DNA of 64,000 nucleotides from Nymphaea colorata (lineage: Eukaryota), in NCBI RefSeq assembly GCF_008831285.2, contig NC_045138.2, positions 24,118,001 to 24,182,000 of the forward strand, given 5' to 3'. The translations under genes were made by a program, and so were the position numbers. The notes beneath the pieces are model-generated. The model did no database searches. It was not told where the DNA came from and saw only the letters and a list, made by a program, of their open reading frames with translations. This document shows, in pieces, positions 38,534 through 52,757 of the stretch. The stretch's first letter is position 1; each line of letters starts with the position of its first letter.

Positions 38534-40628
38534 ATGGCAGTTTTCTCCTCCTACATCATCTCAGCTTTTCTTGCAGTAAGCTACATTTGTTTTGTTTGAT
38601 CTTTATTTTGCTTGATCATCTGTATTTTCTTCTTCAATGTCATTTGTTGCACGATTTCATTAAAAGATGGGAATTAATTTCCATCTCACTGTGATGACCT
38701 TTTGTTTTGGCAGCTTATAATTGGGACTGCAAGCTGCAGTTTATATTTGACGCCTGATGGTTATTGGAACAAGATGTTCCCAAGCACCCCCATGCCAATT
38801 GCCATTCGAGCACTCTTGTCCCCTCTCGGATAGGTATTGCACTACCAAATTATATATATATCGTTCTTAAGGTCCCCACCCGATGATTAAAAATCAATTA
38901 AAATCAGTCGCTGAAAGTGCCAATAGCAGTCGTAACACCACGATTATGATTAATAGCTACCGCCAAAACGTTGCTATTACCATGGTTTCCACGGCTATTA
39001 CATAAATCCCAGTTCTTCGCTTAAACTGCTAGGAATGAAATTAGCCGTTGCCATTTTGAGAGTGTACCCCTCGTGATGTCTTTGTCGCAACTAAATTAGC
39101 CATCACCATTAACAACAATGACGGCAAAAAATTTAGACACTAGTGACAGATGTTTAGCAACAGTTCGTACAGTCATTTAACAGCAAGAATTAGTGACAGA
39201 TCTGTCCGTCGGATAATATAATAATGGCATGGAAATTTCAGTCACCTAAGAAAACAATAAGCAAATATTGACGACGAATCCATCCAACACCAACGACAAC
39301 GAACTATAGCATGAAGAAGGTTGCAGTCACGGATTTGACCGTTGCTAAAAACTGTCATCGCTTTTTAGTACATAAGTACACATAGATAACTATTTTACAT
39401 AAACAATAATTTTTTTATTTAGATAACAAAAGTACACTATACAATAATAAATTACTAATTATCATCAACTAAACGATATACATGTTTGAAAAAGCCCTTC
39501 TACTACATTTCTATACTTAGTAGGGGTCTGCAATTTCTGACATTTGTTCTTAAAGTCTCCATTGAATGGTTAAAAAACAATTAAATCATCAATCAACATT
39601 AATGCTCATCTGGCAATTGTTTCCCAACTAGTGTCATACTTTTCATTTAAGCATCGGGAACTTCCAAGAATTTGACATGTTTTAGCTCAATATATATGCA
39701 CATCATTAGCCACTTCAGCTCTCTTGTTATTACGCCTCATTTTACGGAAGAAGAAAAACCGGTTAATAGTAAACAGGATTAAGTGTCACATGTATGCTCC
39801 AATTTATGGTGCGCAAATAATATAATAAGGTTGATTACTTAACCAGTCCTTTAATTTGCACTCACTGCAGGATTTGGTCGTCGTAGCCTCGAAGCTTGCG
39901 GTAATAAGTGGCCCAGGATGAGCAGTTACCCTAGCTCAAGCGCCATGAATTGCCCACCGAACCATGCACCTCTTTATTTCCAGAGGGAAGACCTGCAGCC
40001 TGGTAGCAAGATGAACGTCACCATGATGATCACCCCCGTAGCTTCTAGTGGTGGTCGTTTCTTCCCCCGCCAGCGAGCTCAAGCAATTCCCTTCTCAACC
40101 TCCAATATCACTGCCATCCTCAAGATGTTCTCCATCGAACCCGAATCCGACCGTGCATCTCTTACCAGGGAAACACTTGAGGATTGTGAGGCGGCTGCAA
40201 TTAAAGAAGAAGTAAAGCATTGTGCAACATCACTAGAGTCGATGATCGATTTCGTTGTTGCGGAGTTGGGAACAAGACAGATTCATGCGGTGGCCACTTC
40301 TGCTGTTAACAGAGAGGAGGCTGCGAAGGTCAGGAGTTACAGAGTAGGTGCTGGTGGTGGAAGGATGCTGTCCAATAAAGTCATGGCATGCCACAACACT
40401 GTGTTTCCTTTTGCTGTGTTCTACTGTCACAATTTCGCTGGCACAAGGGTGTACATGGTTCCGTTGGTTGCTGAAGATGGTAGCCGAGTGAACGCCATTG
40501 CTTTGTGTCATTTCGATACATCAAACTGGAATCCCCAGCATGAGAGCTTCAGGGTGCTGGGTGTGAAGCCAGGAACTGTGCCCATTTGCCACTTTATTGT
40601 AGAGGGCCTTGCTTGGGTTCCCAACTGA
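38534..40628 (+). CDS. BURP-domain protein (RD22-like), copy 2: exons 38534-38575, 38714-38833, 39871-40628; in-frame TAG at the end of exon 2 (probable 1-bp deletion)
   Basis: Signal peptide MAVFSSYIISAFLA-LIIGTASC, then YWNKMFPSTPMPIAIRALL. Intact BURP domain with CATSLESMIDF and CH-x10-CH...CH...CH-W. Exon 2 ends TAG|gt in phase 0 whereas exon 3 needs phase 1. Confidence 0.82.
38840..39372. mobile_element. Possible degenerate CACTA-like non-autonomous insertion in intron 2 of BURP copy 2
   Basis: Begins CACTACCAAA; many ccgttgcta/gtcgct/tagtgaca/tagcaaca motifs in both orientations resemble CACTA subterminal repeats. Right TIR and TSD not identified. Confidence 0.35.
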
Positions 40629-40952
40629 TCTGCATGCTACTAGTACGTATATGGGCTGGACCGTCGTCTCCAATTATATTTATTGAATGGTAAAATTGTC
40701 ATTTTAACTATATGTACTAATGTTTTTTACTCATCAGGTGTTTATTTCATTAAGCTAAGCAGTTGATTATAGTTATCAAATGTCAAATTTTTTGAACAGT
40801 CATCTGTAAAGTTATCTCTTTTCAATTTGTTCCTTAACACGTGTGCTACTATGCTGTTTATAAATATAATGAACTCCACAGTGGTGTTTGTTTATGTCAA
40901 GAATCAAGCTTAGGCAAAAGTCTCTTATTTTGTCCACTTTTAGGGTCTATAA

Positions 40953-40955
<3 letters not shown>

Positions 40956-41008
<53 letters not shown>
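40956..41008. repeat. (TA)n microsatellite
   Basis: Directly visible. Confidence 0.95.
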
Positions 41009-41012
<4 letters not shown>

Positions 41013-42673
41013 GATTGAGTTGCACGAAAGTGAGTTTAAATCTCTTGTCGAATTTTAGCTATGAGATACCAGACAACAATTGTAAAATGTGGGTGTTAGT
41101 CCCATCTCTCAAACAACATCGATATTGATTTCCTTTAAAATTTAAGAACCATTTACAGAAAGCAACATAGGGATCGATCCAGCATTTAACAAATCGACGC
41201 CTTCTTATTGTTGTTTGTGATGATATTTGGACTTGATGATGTTGTCAGGTGGTTGTGGGATTCTGCAGCACAGCCACTACAACACCCAAGTCGCCTTCGT
41301 ACTTTATCATGCTGATGGAAACTATTAAAATGGAAATGCTTGAATTACATAAGACGGAAACGAGGCAGAGTTGCCTGCGCCCCTCGGTGCACACAACATA
41401 CATACACATACCAAACGATAACAAAGATAATTTTAAAATTGTTGAAAGAAATGTTTTTTTTTTAGTCTTTTAATTTTTTTATTACCTCTTTTATTTTTAG
41501 GAAGTTTATTTTCCTTATTTAAATGAAAGCATTTTCATATTTAATTGTACTGGGGCACTAAATTTGGTACACCAACGCAGGGTACCGTTAAAGTCTTGTA
41601 GAGTGGATACATGACTCATCCACTCCCGGTGGAGATACAAGGGGCCATGGCCACTTTACCCCCACTACCATCCGTCGAAAAATTGATCTAAAAGTTTAAA
41701 GTTAAAATGTATAATTGTGAATTTGTCAAAAATATTAAAATTAACATAAATTTAAATATTTAAAAATAATAGAAGGCTAATGCTTGCTACCTTTCACTAA
41801 TTGGATTATAATTGGACTGCTGGTAGAAAAATCTTGTTTGCTTGTTATCCTTGAAGATAATTTGCAAAACTGCCCTCGTTTTCTAAGCAAACATGACCTG
41901 CCTGTTACACGAGACAATTTGCGTTGTGAAGTTTTTGTGAACTATTTTACGAAGTTGGCAGTTATTTATAGTCTTTTTGAAATGTTAGGTAGTTATTTAT
42001 AATTTTGTGATAAATTCAGTGGTTAGTTATTCATATCTCTCTCTCCCCCCCCTCTCTCTCTTTGAGATCAATGAACTATAGCCTATAAATAAGAATATTG
42101 AACAACGAAACGAAGGGGTAAAAAATGAGGGGAAAGATTGGTTTGCAACTACTAATAATCTTAGAAAAGGATGACGTACTAATCTAGAGCAGGACCTTTT
42201 CGCACAACTTGGGTCTTCATGCTTCATCCGGGAAATTACAGTATACACTTGAAGATGAAGAACAGAGGCCCCATTTCTCCGTCTCGCCCACAAGTCACAC
42301 CCTGCCAGAAGCCAAGGGCTCATGCAGTTTCTGTATTTCCGTCTCTCCTTCTTCCTAATCCCCTTCACACGTCACGTCGGGATCCAATGTAAACGGTTCG
42401 GTCCATGATTGTCCACATTCTCGTTTCCAGTCGGTCGATTGAATCTGAGTCCATGATTTGCCTTGAAATCTATTATGTACTGTTGTTATGCGACCGGTTC
42501 TTGGTCGTATAAATACCAGGGCTTCAACGTGTTCCGTGCCCGAGTTGCCTCCGAATCGGTCAATGGTATCGATCAAACACGCACACACAGTTCTTCTTTA
42601 TAAAAAGCAGGAAGCACTACCGCTCCCTTCACCGAACTGCGTAACTAAAGTACTGGGTAGGCCGATGAACAGT

Positions 42674-43052
42674 ATGGCAGTTTCCTTCTCCTCCATCATC
42701 TCAGCTTTTCTTGCAGTAAGCTACATTCGCTTGATGTTTATTTCCTTTCACTGATCAATTTGTTGTTTTGTATTTTCATAAAGGATACGAGTTCAATTTT
42801 CCTTGTCACTGTGGTAAACTTTTGCTTTGGCAGATTATAATTGGGGCTGCAAGCTGCAGTTTATCAGATTGTTTAGATATTTAATTCTACACGTTTAATC
42901 AAGCTTCATGCTCGACAGTTAGCAGTGAAAGAAAAACTAAAGCGCTGTGCAACGTCATTGGAATCCATTGATCGGTTCCGTTGTATCGCGCAATACAAAA
43001 CCAGTGAGATTCCACTTCATTTGTTAACAGAGGAGAGGAGGTGAATGACAGG
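42674..43052 (+). pseudogene. BURP relic, copy 3 (promoter, exon 1, start of exon 2, scraps of exon 3); paralog of copy 2
   Basis: About 42410-42864 matches 38290-38744 (MAVSFSSIISAFLA|gtaag; IIIGAASCSL). 42928-43052 contains ctgtgcaacgtcattggaatcc (CATSLES) and gttaacagaggagagg. Confidence 0.85.
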
Positions 43053-44285
43053 GGAGGAAGAGACTAAGAGACCCTGTGGAACATATATCGGCTGATATAA
43101 GCATATATATTACTACGTCGGAATTCTGTAGGAGATAAAATCACAGAGGTCCAGGATAGCAAGGAAAAAGAGAGGGAAAGAGACAGGAAAGAATTGGAAT
43201 CTGTTTAGCTTTTGGACTTTTCTTTACATTTCTTATAGTGGGCCACTACTCACCCGGCTTACACAGCAAAAATGGTTGGCTTCTGGCTTCGTGGTGGGAT
43301 TTCATTTCCTTCTACATCCAACCATGGATGTTCTGTTAGCTGTAGAATCTACTAGTCTTAAACCGATCAAATTTCTCTGGATCAGAAGAAACTGAACACG
43401 AGGAATTTTCTGGTGGTTGACCGCCCGGAATCGCATTATTTAGCGGGGTCTTCACGTTGTCTGTGAAGTGGCTGGGCCTCCTCTGCTGATGAATGCCACG
43501 GTCCCATGCGCCCAAGAGGAAATTCGGCTGGTTATCGTCTTTTTCCCTTTATTATACTTTCCACGTACATGGTTGACTTGACTACTTTTTTGCCAAGTAA
43601 AAGAAACTACAAAGGCACAAATTAATATGCGCAAGAGTAGTTTGTGACTGCAATATCTACAAGGGCCAATAATTGTTCCTTCCATCACTTCCCTTTAATT
43701 TCTCATTTACTTTTATCTTCACATACGTGCCCATTTTATATTCTTTATTTGATTTGAAAATTTTAACATAAAAATGTGCTCTTCTATAGGCCAAACAATA
43801 CGCATGGTTAGGCAGACCCGGCAAGTTTAGGAACATACAGGTCGGGCTTTGAACCCCTGACCTTCTTATAACTTGAAGTTTCTGATAATCCAGAAACTTC
43901 ACATTCAAACTCATCAAAGAAAACAACTCTCGCTAGTCGGCTTCTTGTTTTACCGTTGATGATGCAAACACATTTCCTTTTCTCCCTTGACAAAGTTGCA
44001 AAACATACGTGGGACCGCTGCTGGAAAAATGGCTGCCCACTAACTTAACGTAGCGATCGGAGTACAAAATTTTAGGCAGCTACATGGAAATATAGAATGG
44101 AAATGAAGTTTCCAGGAACTTCAGACCTAGAATATGTGGAATGTAAAGGAATGGACAAAGTTGTTTTCTAGGTATCTTCGTCGCGGACTGTGGACTTCCC
44201 AACATCTTTATATGCCATTAACATGCACCACTAGTGAATCCACACGAACGCCTAATTTCTCAGTTGCAACAGAAACAATAGCACC

Positions 44286-47200
44286 ATGAGAAGCGACCGG
44301 CTGCTCCTGCTTTTCTTCCTTCTTTGGAGTCTTTGTTCATTAGGAGACGCACGTGCTCAGTCATTGCAGGCAGAAGCAAAAGCACTTCTCAAGTGGAGAG
44401 ACAGTCTCCAAGACGCCCACGTGCTGAATTCCTCTTGGTCATTCCTCAAATCCAGATATGGCGCTCCCTGCCAGTGGGACGGGATACAGTGCAGCAGCGA
44501 TAAAACGAGTGTCGTCAAGATAAGTCTTCAAAATAAAGGTCTTCGAGGTACACTCAACTATTTCGACTTCGCTGCCTTCCCTAATCTTGCACATTTCGAT
44601 CTCAGAGGTAACAATCTCAATGGAAGCATTCCTGATGGTATAGGCAACCTCTCCAAACTTACCTTCCTAGATTTATCGGTGAACCAGTTTTCTGGCAGCT
44701 TACCCGTTACTATGGCCAATGTTACTCAAATTTCTGAGTTCTGGATATCAGACAACTTTATTGATGGAGAGCTAATACCGAGCTTTTTCACCAATTGGAG
44801 GAACCTTACTCGTCTTGTGCTTTTTGGCAACAAACTAACCGGCAACATCCCTCTAGAAATAGGCCAGTTGGAGAAGCTGACACGCTTGGATCTAGCTCAT
44901 AATCTTTTCCAAGGACCAATCCCATCTTCCATAGGCAACATGTCTAGCCTTACAAGTTTAAACCTCTCAGTGAATAATCTATTCGGACGTGTCCCTTCAG
45001 AAATGGGGAAACTTAGCAGCCTGGTCGAGTTAAGCCTTTACTCAAACCAACTCACAGGTTCAATGCCTAAGGCGCTAGGGAATTTGTCTGGCTTGTCTCA
45101 CATGATCATCCTTCAAAATAAGTTGTCTGGTGAGATCCCTTCTGAGATTGGAAATCTCATGAAACTCACCGATTTGGACCTAACCGACAACTCCTTTCTT
45201 GGATCCATACCACCTGAAATAGGAAAGCTTAAGAACCTTGTTTCTATAAAATTGTCATTCAACTCCCTCGCAGGACCTCTCCCTACTTCTATTGGACAAT
45301 TATCTAGTCTAGTGAATCTAATCATCAATGACAACCATCTTACTGGAACTATTCCACAGACGATAGGAGAGCTCACAAATCTCGACTTCTTGGACCTTGA
45401 TACCAACTCACTTACAGGTTCCATTCCAGTGCAGATTGGAAACCTGTCCAGTCTGCAGCATTTGTTCCTTGGAGTAAATTTGCTGACTGGGACCATTCCA
45501 CAAGAGTTATGGAAGCTCAGTGCGCTCATTGAATTGGATTTAGCGTCTAACTTTCTTCCAGGTTTGGTCCCTCCTTCAATAGGTAACCTGTCTGATCTTT
45601 ACTTCCTGAACCTGAGCAATAATAGCCTCTTCGGCACTCTACCTCCACAAATGAGTAATCTGACAAGTCTAGGCCAGTTGTTCCTTTCAGCGAATAATCT
45701 CTTCGGTTCTTTACCATCAATAATATGTAAGGGTGGCATGCCCTTCGTCTTATCTGCTTCCAACAACCATTTCACTGGATCAATACCAGAAAGCTTGAGG
45801 AATTGTACAAGCTTATACAAACTCACTTTAAGTGGGAACCAACTTAGTGGTAACATTTCAGAGGCATTTGGATCATATCCGAACCTGTTGCGCATTGACA
45901 TAAGCAACAATCAACTAACAGGAGAGCTCTCGCCGAGCTGGAGTGGATGTCACAGTCTTCAACGGTTGGATTTCTCTAATAACCACATCATCGGCAAGAT
46001 TCCAGGTTCAATTTCTCAACTGGCACGATTGGGGCTAATAAATATTTCTACCAATTACATAACAGGAGAGATTCCAAGAGGAATAGGGGAACTTTCGTTC
46101 TTGCAATATATAGATATGAGTAACAATCATATTTCTGGTGGCATACCATCAGAGATTGGAATGTTAAAAAATTTGCAGTATTTGGATTTGTCATCAAACA
46201 ACCTTAGCGGACCAATACCTGAAGAGCTTGGGAATTCTACTACGTTGATTCGATTGAAGCTGAGTAAAAATACCTTGAACGGAAAAATTCCTTCTCAGTT
46301 GGGGAACTTGGCAGGACTATCTATGCTGCTAGATCTTAGCCGTAACATGCTAACAGGGACAATACCAGACCAACTTGGGAAGTTAAATCATCTGGAGAAG
46401 CTCAATCTTTCCCATAACAAGCTCATAGGTACAATCCCATCATCTTTGGCAGGAATGGTTAGTTTGACTTCAGTTGATTTGTCCTTTAACAGTCTCATAG
46501 GTCCTCTCCCAAACAACTCTGCCTTCCTGAATGCTTCGGTAGAGTCATTTATAGGCAATCTTGGCTTATGTGGAGGAGTTAACTTGCGTCCATGCAAGCC
46601 TCCAAAAGATGTTATACACCAAAAGAAAAGTCAAACATTGGAGGCGATTGTTACTCCAGTTGCTGCAGTCCTCATTCTTCTGTTCCTGGTTACTGGAACT
46701 TGCAAGATCTGTCAAAAAACAAAATTGAGAAGGCGAAACAAGAGCAGAATCATTGTTGAAACAAGCCAAGGAAATGATTTTTTCTCCATATGGAACTATG
46801 ACGGTAAACTTGCTTATGAGGATATTGTCAATGCTACAAAGAATTTCAGTGATGACTATGTTGTTGGTACAGGAGGTCATGGTAGCGTCTACAAAGTTGA
46901 ACTCCCCACAGGTCAAATAGTGGCAGTCAAGAAGTTCAATCAACAGGGTAGTGATACGTTGACAGACTTCGGCTTCAGAAATGAGATTATAGCATTGACA
47001 GAAGTCCGCCATAGAAACATAGTCAAGCTCTATGGGTTCTGTAAGCATCCTCACTGCTCATTCTTAGTGTATGAATATGTAGAGAGGGGAAGCGTGGCAA
47101 ACATACTAAGCAGCAATGAAGAGGCTGGAGGATTAGATTGGGAAAAGAGGGTGAATATCATAACTGGTGTTGCAGATGCTTTGTCATATATGCATCATGA

Positions 47201-47878
47201 TCATTCAATTCCAATAATCCACCGTGACATCTCCAGCAAGAACATTTTGTTATATCCAGATTTTGTTGCATGTGTTTCTGATTTTGGAACGGCAAGATTA
47301 CTAAACCCAAATTCATCCAACTGGACTAGGCGTGTAGGTACGCATGGCTACATGGCTCCAGGTATGCACTAAATTTTTTGAACTTGAAGAGGTGTTTGCT
47401 TCTCAAAAGATTTTGTATTGTCCTGTGTAAGACTATTATACGTTTTATTGGCCTTACACCTGGTAGATCCATCCACTAAACCATGTTTATTTTTTAAGAA
47501 CACTAACAAAAGATGACTAGCTTCTTTACTGCAGAGTTGGCATACACCATGAGAGTGACAAAGAAATGTGATGTCTATAGCTTTGGAGTGCTAGCACTTG
47601 AAGTTCTGATGGGAAGGCATCCTGGGGAGCAACTATCATCTTTTGCGGTTCTCACAGAGCAAGAGATGGATGTAAAGCTCTGGGATATGTTGGACCAACG
47701 TATATCAGCTCCAATGGACCAAGAAGCAGAGAAAGTGCTTTTTGTAGCCAAACTTGCTGTCATGTGCACATATGTGAATCCAGAAACACGGCCTACAATG
47801 CGTGCTGTTTCTCGGCATCTTTCCAGTACTCATAAAAAAGGTCTTTTCTTCTTCAATCTCTTCGAAGACAGTCTGTAA
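44286..47878 (+). CDS. LRR receptor-like kinase, MIK2-like, 1139 aa; exons 44286-47361 and 47535-47878
   Basis: Signal peptide, LRRNT (PCQWDGIQC), long 24-aa LRR array, GNLGLCG cap, [15 protein letters not shown] juxtamembrane typical of MIK2-like kinases. Kinase motifs [19 protein letters not shown] (RD), [16 protein letters not shown] split by a GT-AG intron. Confidence 0.95.
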
Positions 47879-49720
47879 AAAATGCGACGCATCATGATGA
47901 TGATCTAGAAGCGCAAGTACTGCTTCGATGTACAAAATCATAAAGTGCCATTTGAATAAAGCTGCTGGTTGGCGATGCATAAGCTTGTATAAGGTTTTAG
48001 CTGGAGAAAAGGGGAAATGAGAAACAAGAAGCATATGCAGCTCTGCATTAAAGACATCATGCACCACTGACGCCCATGGAGATGCAAACTTGATTAAAGT
48101 TAATGTTGGATTCTATATATCGTATATGCGAACCTTTACTATATACAATTAACTTGAGAAAGTTGTAAAAAATGCAATTACTTCTCCGAAAACTTTACAC
48201 CTCCAAAATGGGGCGCTTAACCAAGCAAGTCACGTGTCGTCATGGGTGACTTTTTTTTTTTTTTTTTCCAAATGATGCAGACACTTGTAAATTAAAGAAA
48301 AAATGCTCATGTTAGTGTGACACTAGTAGTATATTCTCGGGACTCCCATTATTCGGATCGGATCAGAAAATTTGAATCCACTTAATAACTATATCAGAAT
48401 TTGGTGTAAGGTTTTGGTATGCATGAAACCCAAGAGATATATAGTTCTAATAAACATCCAATCTTAGGATGAAAATGACAGTCGCTGAAAAGTCAAAGAA
48501 GGGGAGGCTTTTTTTTAAAAGAGAAAAAGCAGATGAGAAAGTGAAAGGTGGAAAAAAGTGAGAGAAATTAGAAGTGCCGATAAAATGGACAACACGTCGA
48601 CAACGTCAAGAGAAATTAGGAAGTGGATAGATAAGACTAGTTGAAAGTTGCAAGGTATAGTAGGCAAGCGGCATGTAGATACCGCGTTATTGGTTTACTA
48701 CTTTTTTTTTAAATCATATACAATGGGATTGCTATACTTATCCGGGTGTACTGTATCCCACCCATAGCTTACATACCGATGGACCAAACAACCAAGTTAC
48801 CTTACTCTAGCCCTCTCTCTCTTTCTTGCTTTTTAAAATTTTTTCCCAAATGATATAATTAACTACTCAAGGTTTAAATATTTGGTGAAATCATTAAAAT
48901 AAATATATAAAGAATATGTCTTCTCTTGTATGGGGAGGTCACTGGTGGCCCGGTCAAAGAAAGAGAGAGATCAAAGACGAGGCTGGTTTGGGGTTTTGAA
49001 CTTGCTCTGTTCTCAGCTGCACCCAGCCGCCAATTTGTCCTCCCCTGAACAGGCCAAATGGCACCTAACAGTTCAAACTTTCGTCCAAATAAAAATGGGT
49101 AAACAATCAAACTATCTGAATAAATTTGAGAAGAAAAAAAAAAAATTAGGTGACACCAACCAACGTTCACTGAATGTAGGACAAGAAGCTGGTTATGTTC
49201 CCATTAAAATGAAAAAAAAAAAAAGATTTTTAAAAAGATAAAATATAAAAACAGTTAAAAGACTAAAATTTTTGTGACATTATAAAAAATTACTAAAATG
49301 TCACTGCCTCCTTCATTAGTTTGTTGCAAATGGTCCCACCCAAGGCCTGCCGGCACTGGACCGATGGGCAGCCAAAGCCTTACCTAACCTTCTCACTTAT
49401 TATTATCCGTAGACTCTTTGACCCGCCGCCATTGCTTCGTCAACGTCGTCCTCATATATTTAAAATATGAACAAGAGACGAATTAACTCTCTCCTTCCGC
49501 TTCCTTCCTTCCAACGCCCTAATCACAGGTACCACTAACTTTTATCGCCATCCTTTCGACATATAAACAATCTTATGAACAATACTTCGAGCGTTTTTGA
49601 TATTTTTCGCTATATATTTTAGGCAAAAACGATGAAAACTCAATATTAGCCAATATAAAAAGGGGCCAACACTTGCGGCCTTCTTCTTCGTATTTGGCCA
49701 AGCTTGAGTTGGAGCTTTCA

Positions 49721-51031
49721 ATGGCGGACTTGGTTTCGTTCTTCTCACTTTCGACTCTCTTCCTGGTAAGTGCACATGTGCATCAATTTCCTTTGCCCGA
49801 AATGTTATGAGTACTAGTGGGCGCCATCCCAACTGCCGGAAGCCGGCCGCTCGCTTCCGTCTTCCCACTGCAGCTCTGCACACGCCATGCCATCAAGCAA
49901 TTCTTTTTCCGGCACAAACGATTCTCAGGTCTAATCCAACTTGAATTGGAAGACTATATGGTGGATGACGATTGTTTCCTTTTGTCTGTCAGCTGCTTGC
50001 TGGGGCGACGAACACAAACAACGGCTCTCTCGCTATGAAAGCCTACTGGAATGAGGTCTTCCCTGGCATCCCCATTCCCGACGTCATTCGAGCTCTCTTA
50101 CCATCCCCTACTCAGACATCAGGTACTGATATCCATCCATTCAGGGGTTTCCACGAAAGCATAACATTCTTGGTTATCTTTATTTATGTTCGGGGTTTTT
50201 CTGCTTAATTACTGCAGGACTAGTTGGACGTGGTTATGGCAACGTCGACATAGTTGTAAAAAGTTCCCGAAGTTGGATCAGACTTTGGAGTGTATTGGGC
50301 GATGCCCATAATGATCGTAGTAATAATTGGTCACCGAACCTTGCGCCTCTTTATTTCCTAAGGAAAGACTTGCTGTCTGGTAGTAAGATGAACGTCACCA
50401 TGATGATCACCCCCTCCGCAAATGAAGCTTCTACTGTTGGTGGTGTCAGCTCTGAGCCGACCTTCTTGCCACGCAAACAAGCTCATGAAATTCCCTTCTC
50501 TACCTCCAACCTCACTACAATCCTTAAGATGTTCTCTATTGAACCCCACTCTCATCATGCGTCTCTTACCAGGCAAACGCTTGTTGATTGCAAAATGCCT
50601 GCACTTAAAGGAGAACTGAAGTACTGTGCAACATCACTGGAATCCATGATCGATTTTGTTGTTGCGGAGTTCGGAACCAATGAAATTCACGCAGCGATCA
50701 CTTCTGTTGTTAACAGAGAGGAGGAGGTGAAGGCCAGGATTTACAGAGTAGGTGTTGGTGGGGGAGGGTGATCTCCCATAAAGCGGTGACTTGCCACAAC
50801 ATGATGTTTCCTTATGCTGTGTTCTACTGCCATAATTTGGCAGGAACAAGGGCGTACATGGTTCCGTTGGTTTCTGATGATGGTAGCCGAGTGAACGCCG
50901 TTGCTTTGTGCCATTTTGATACATCAAGCTGGAATCCCGGGCATGCCAGCTTCCGGCTGTTAGGTGTGAAGCCAGGAACTGTTCCCATTTGCCACTTCAT
51001 TTTAAAGGATCTCGCCTGGGTCCCCAACTGA
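49721..51031 (+). CDS. BURP-domain protein, copy 4: exons 49721-49765, 49993-50122, 50218-51031; 1-bp frameshift in the G-run at 50760-50764
   Basis: Signal peptide MADLVSFFSLSTLFL-LLAGA, AYWNEVFPGIPIPDVIRALLP, compatible splice phases. The domain is split between ORFs 50295-50771 and 50768-51031; adding one G restores GGRVISHKAVTCH and all four CH motifs. Confidence 0.85.
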
Positions 51032-51071
51032 TCTGCTCGTCAACAACTTGCCATCGTCTCTATTTCAATGA

Positions 51072-51290
51072 TTGAGCTTGGGCGTTTAATGGACGATCTG
51101 ATTTTCATTCTTCTCGCTCTCGACTCTCTTCCTGTTATCAGATTCATCAATTCCCTGCGTTTTGCAACATCTGAGTGGTGAGGCCTACACGCCAGGCCAA
51201 AGAAAACGAAAAACTTTTAACACCACGCCGCATGTAAGCAGTTTTTCCGGCACAAGAAGACTGTCCTCAGATATCTAACTTGAATTGCAG
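51072..51290 (+). pseudogene. Relic of BURP exon 1 and intron 1 immediately behind copy 4
   Basis: ttgagcttgg..aatgg..ttcattcttctcgctctcgactctcttcctg, tttttccggcacaa and aacttgaattg match 49704-49950; splice donor lost. Confidence 0.65.
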
Positions 51291-52757
51291 TGTGCACGGG
51301 AAATGTTTGTACTAATGATTGAACAAAGCTGACATTGTTTGCTGATGATTTAACGCACCTGCAACTTGTGACCAACTTTGAGTTGGGAGTAGAAGACAAG
51401 CTTATAGTGTGCGAAGAGTCATTGCTTCCTGTAAATATATGGAGCAAGCGTTGTCGAAGAGAAATCATTTTTTCGACCACCAGGAGAATTTGTATCACTT
51501 CAACCAATGACAGTCCACTACTATCTCGTTGTCTTAAACATACGTTTAATGATTTTTGTAAATAACCTTATCTCATTTGAGATCCTTTTTTCTAAATTAG
51601 AATGAACAATGATTCAAAGGGCAACAAAAATATGAAGAGAAAAAAAATTAGGCCACGACTACTAATAATCTGAAACGGATCACATGGTCGAGGTCCACAA
51701 ATAAGCAATAACGTGGCTAGTGAATTTTATTTCTTAGCTTGGTACTCTCCATTAATCCTCTGCTTAATTTCTTTCTTACTAATGAATATTATTCGGAAGC
51801 CGATCAGCTTTTATATATCTGCAGCTCGCTCAATTTCTTTCAGAAGAAATAAATGTATACATTTTATCGGATGAAGAAAAAGGGGCCCGATTTCTCCATC
51901 TCACCTCATTTACCGAATTTTATTTAACCCGACTTTGATAATTTGACTCATATTACAACATTCTGGAAATTGAAAACATTATTGTGTTCCTCAATGACTT
52001 GGAAACTTCGAGAAGCTTGTGCCTCTTTTATGGGAAACAGATCGCTTCATTGAGAACAAAGAACCACAATCTATTCTGGTATCTGTTTTATCGTTGTATG
52101 CTCACTTTTCCTCAATGTGTTCTATAATTTATGATAATAATACGTTGTTGTCACATGTACACACCGACTTTTTCATTTACTTGTATCTATTTTTTCTTAC
52201 GTAATTGTTCTGTGATCAAATAAAAGTTTTTTCATACAAATAGATGCAAAACTTTAGGCTGGACAGGCAGACGGTAACAAGTTTTTCAGATAAAGGAGTT
52301 TTCTCCACAGTTTTTTATGTCGACCAAGGAGTCTTAGATAGTGGACGTGGGTGGGGGCCATACTTTTGTCCCGTGCGCCGTCGTCTCAGACTCTCAAGAC
52401 AAAGTTGAATCGCAGTTGAGTATTGCTTTTCCCATGGCTTCCTTTTTTCCTTCCTTCAAGATTTCGCAGACGTGGGAACGCTTCCGGCAAAATGAGTTCC
52501 CTTTCCATCCCACCAAACCACGTCGAAATCGGCGCCGAAATTTCAGCGTCTCTCACATGAAGTGAAATGAAACGCAGAAAACTGCATCCACCCAAGCAAG
52601 ATGCTTTGTTGATTCTCTCAAGTTCGTCGACCTCTCCGTCGGTATTCACACCACACAAAGTCCACTCTCCAAATCTTGTCACGACCCTCAAGTCTACCCT
52701 CCCACCTTTATATTAATGAATTCCAAATAACTGTTAATCTCTGTGACACCAGAAACG

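Noticed and set aside
45113..47054. Antisense ORFs over RLK1 (likewise over RLK2 and the BURP exons)
   Set aside because: Shadow frames of the sense coding sequence; their similarity between paralogs follows from the sense-strand homology.
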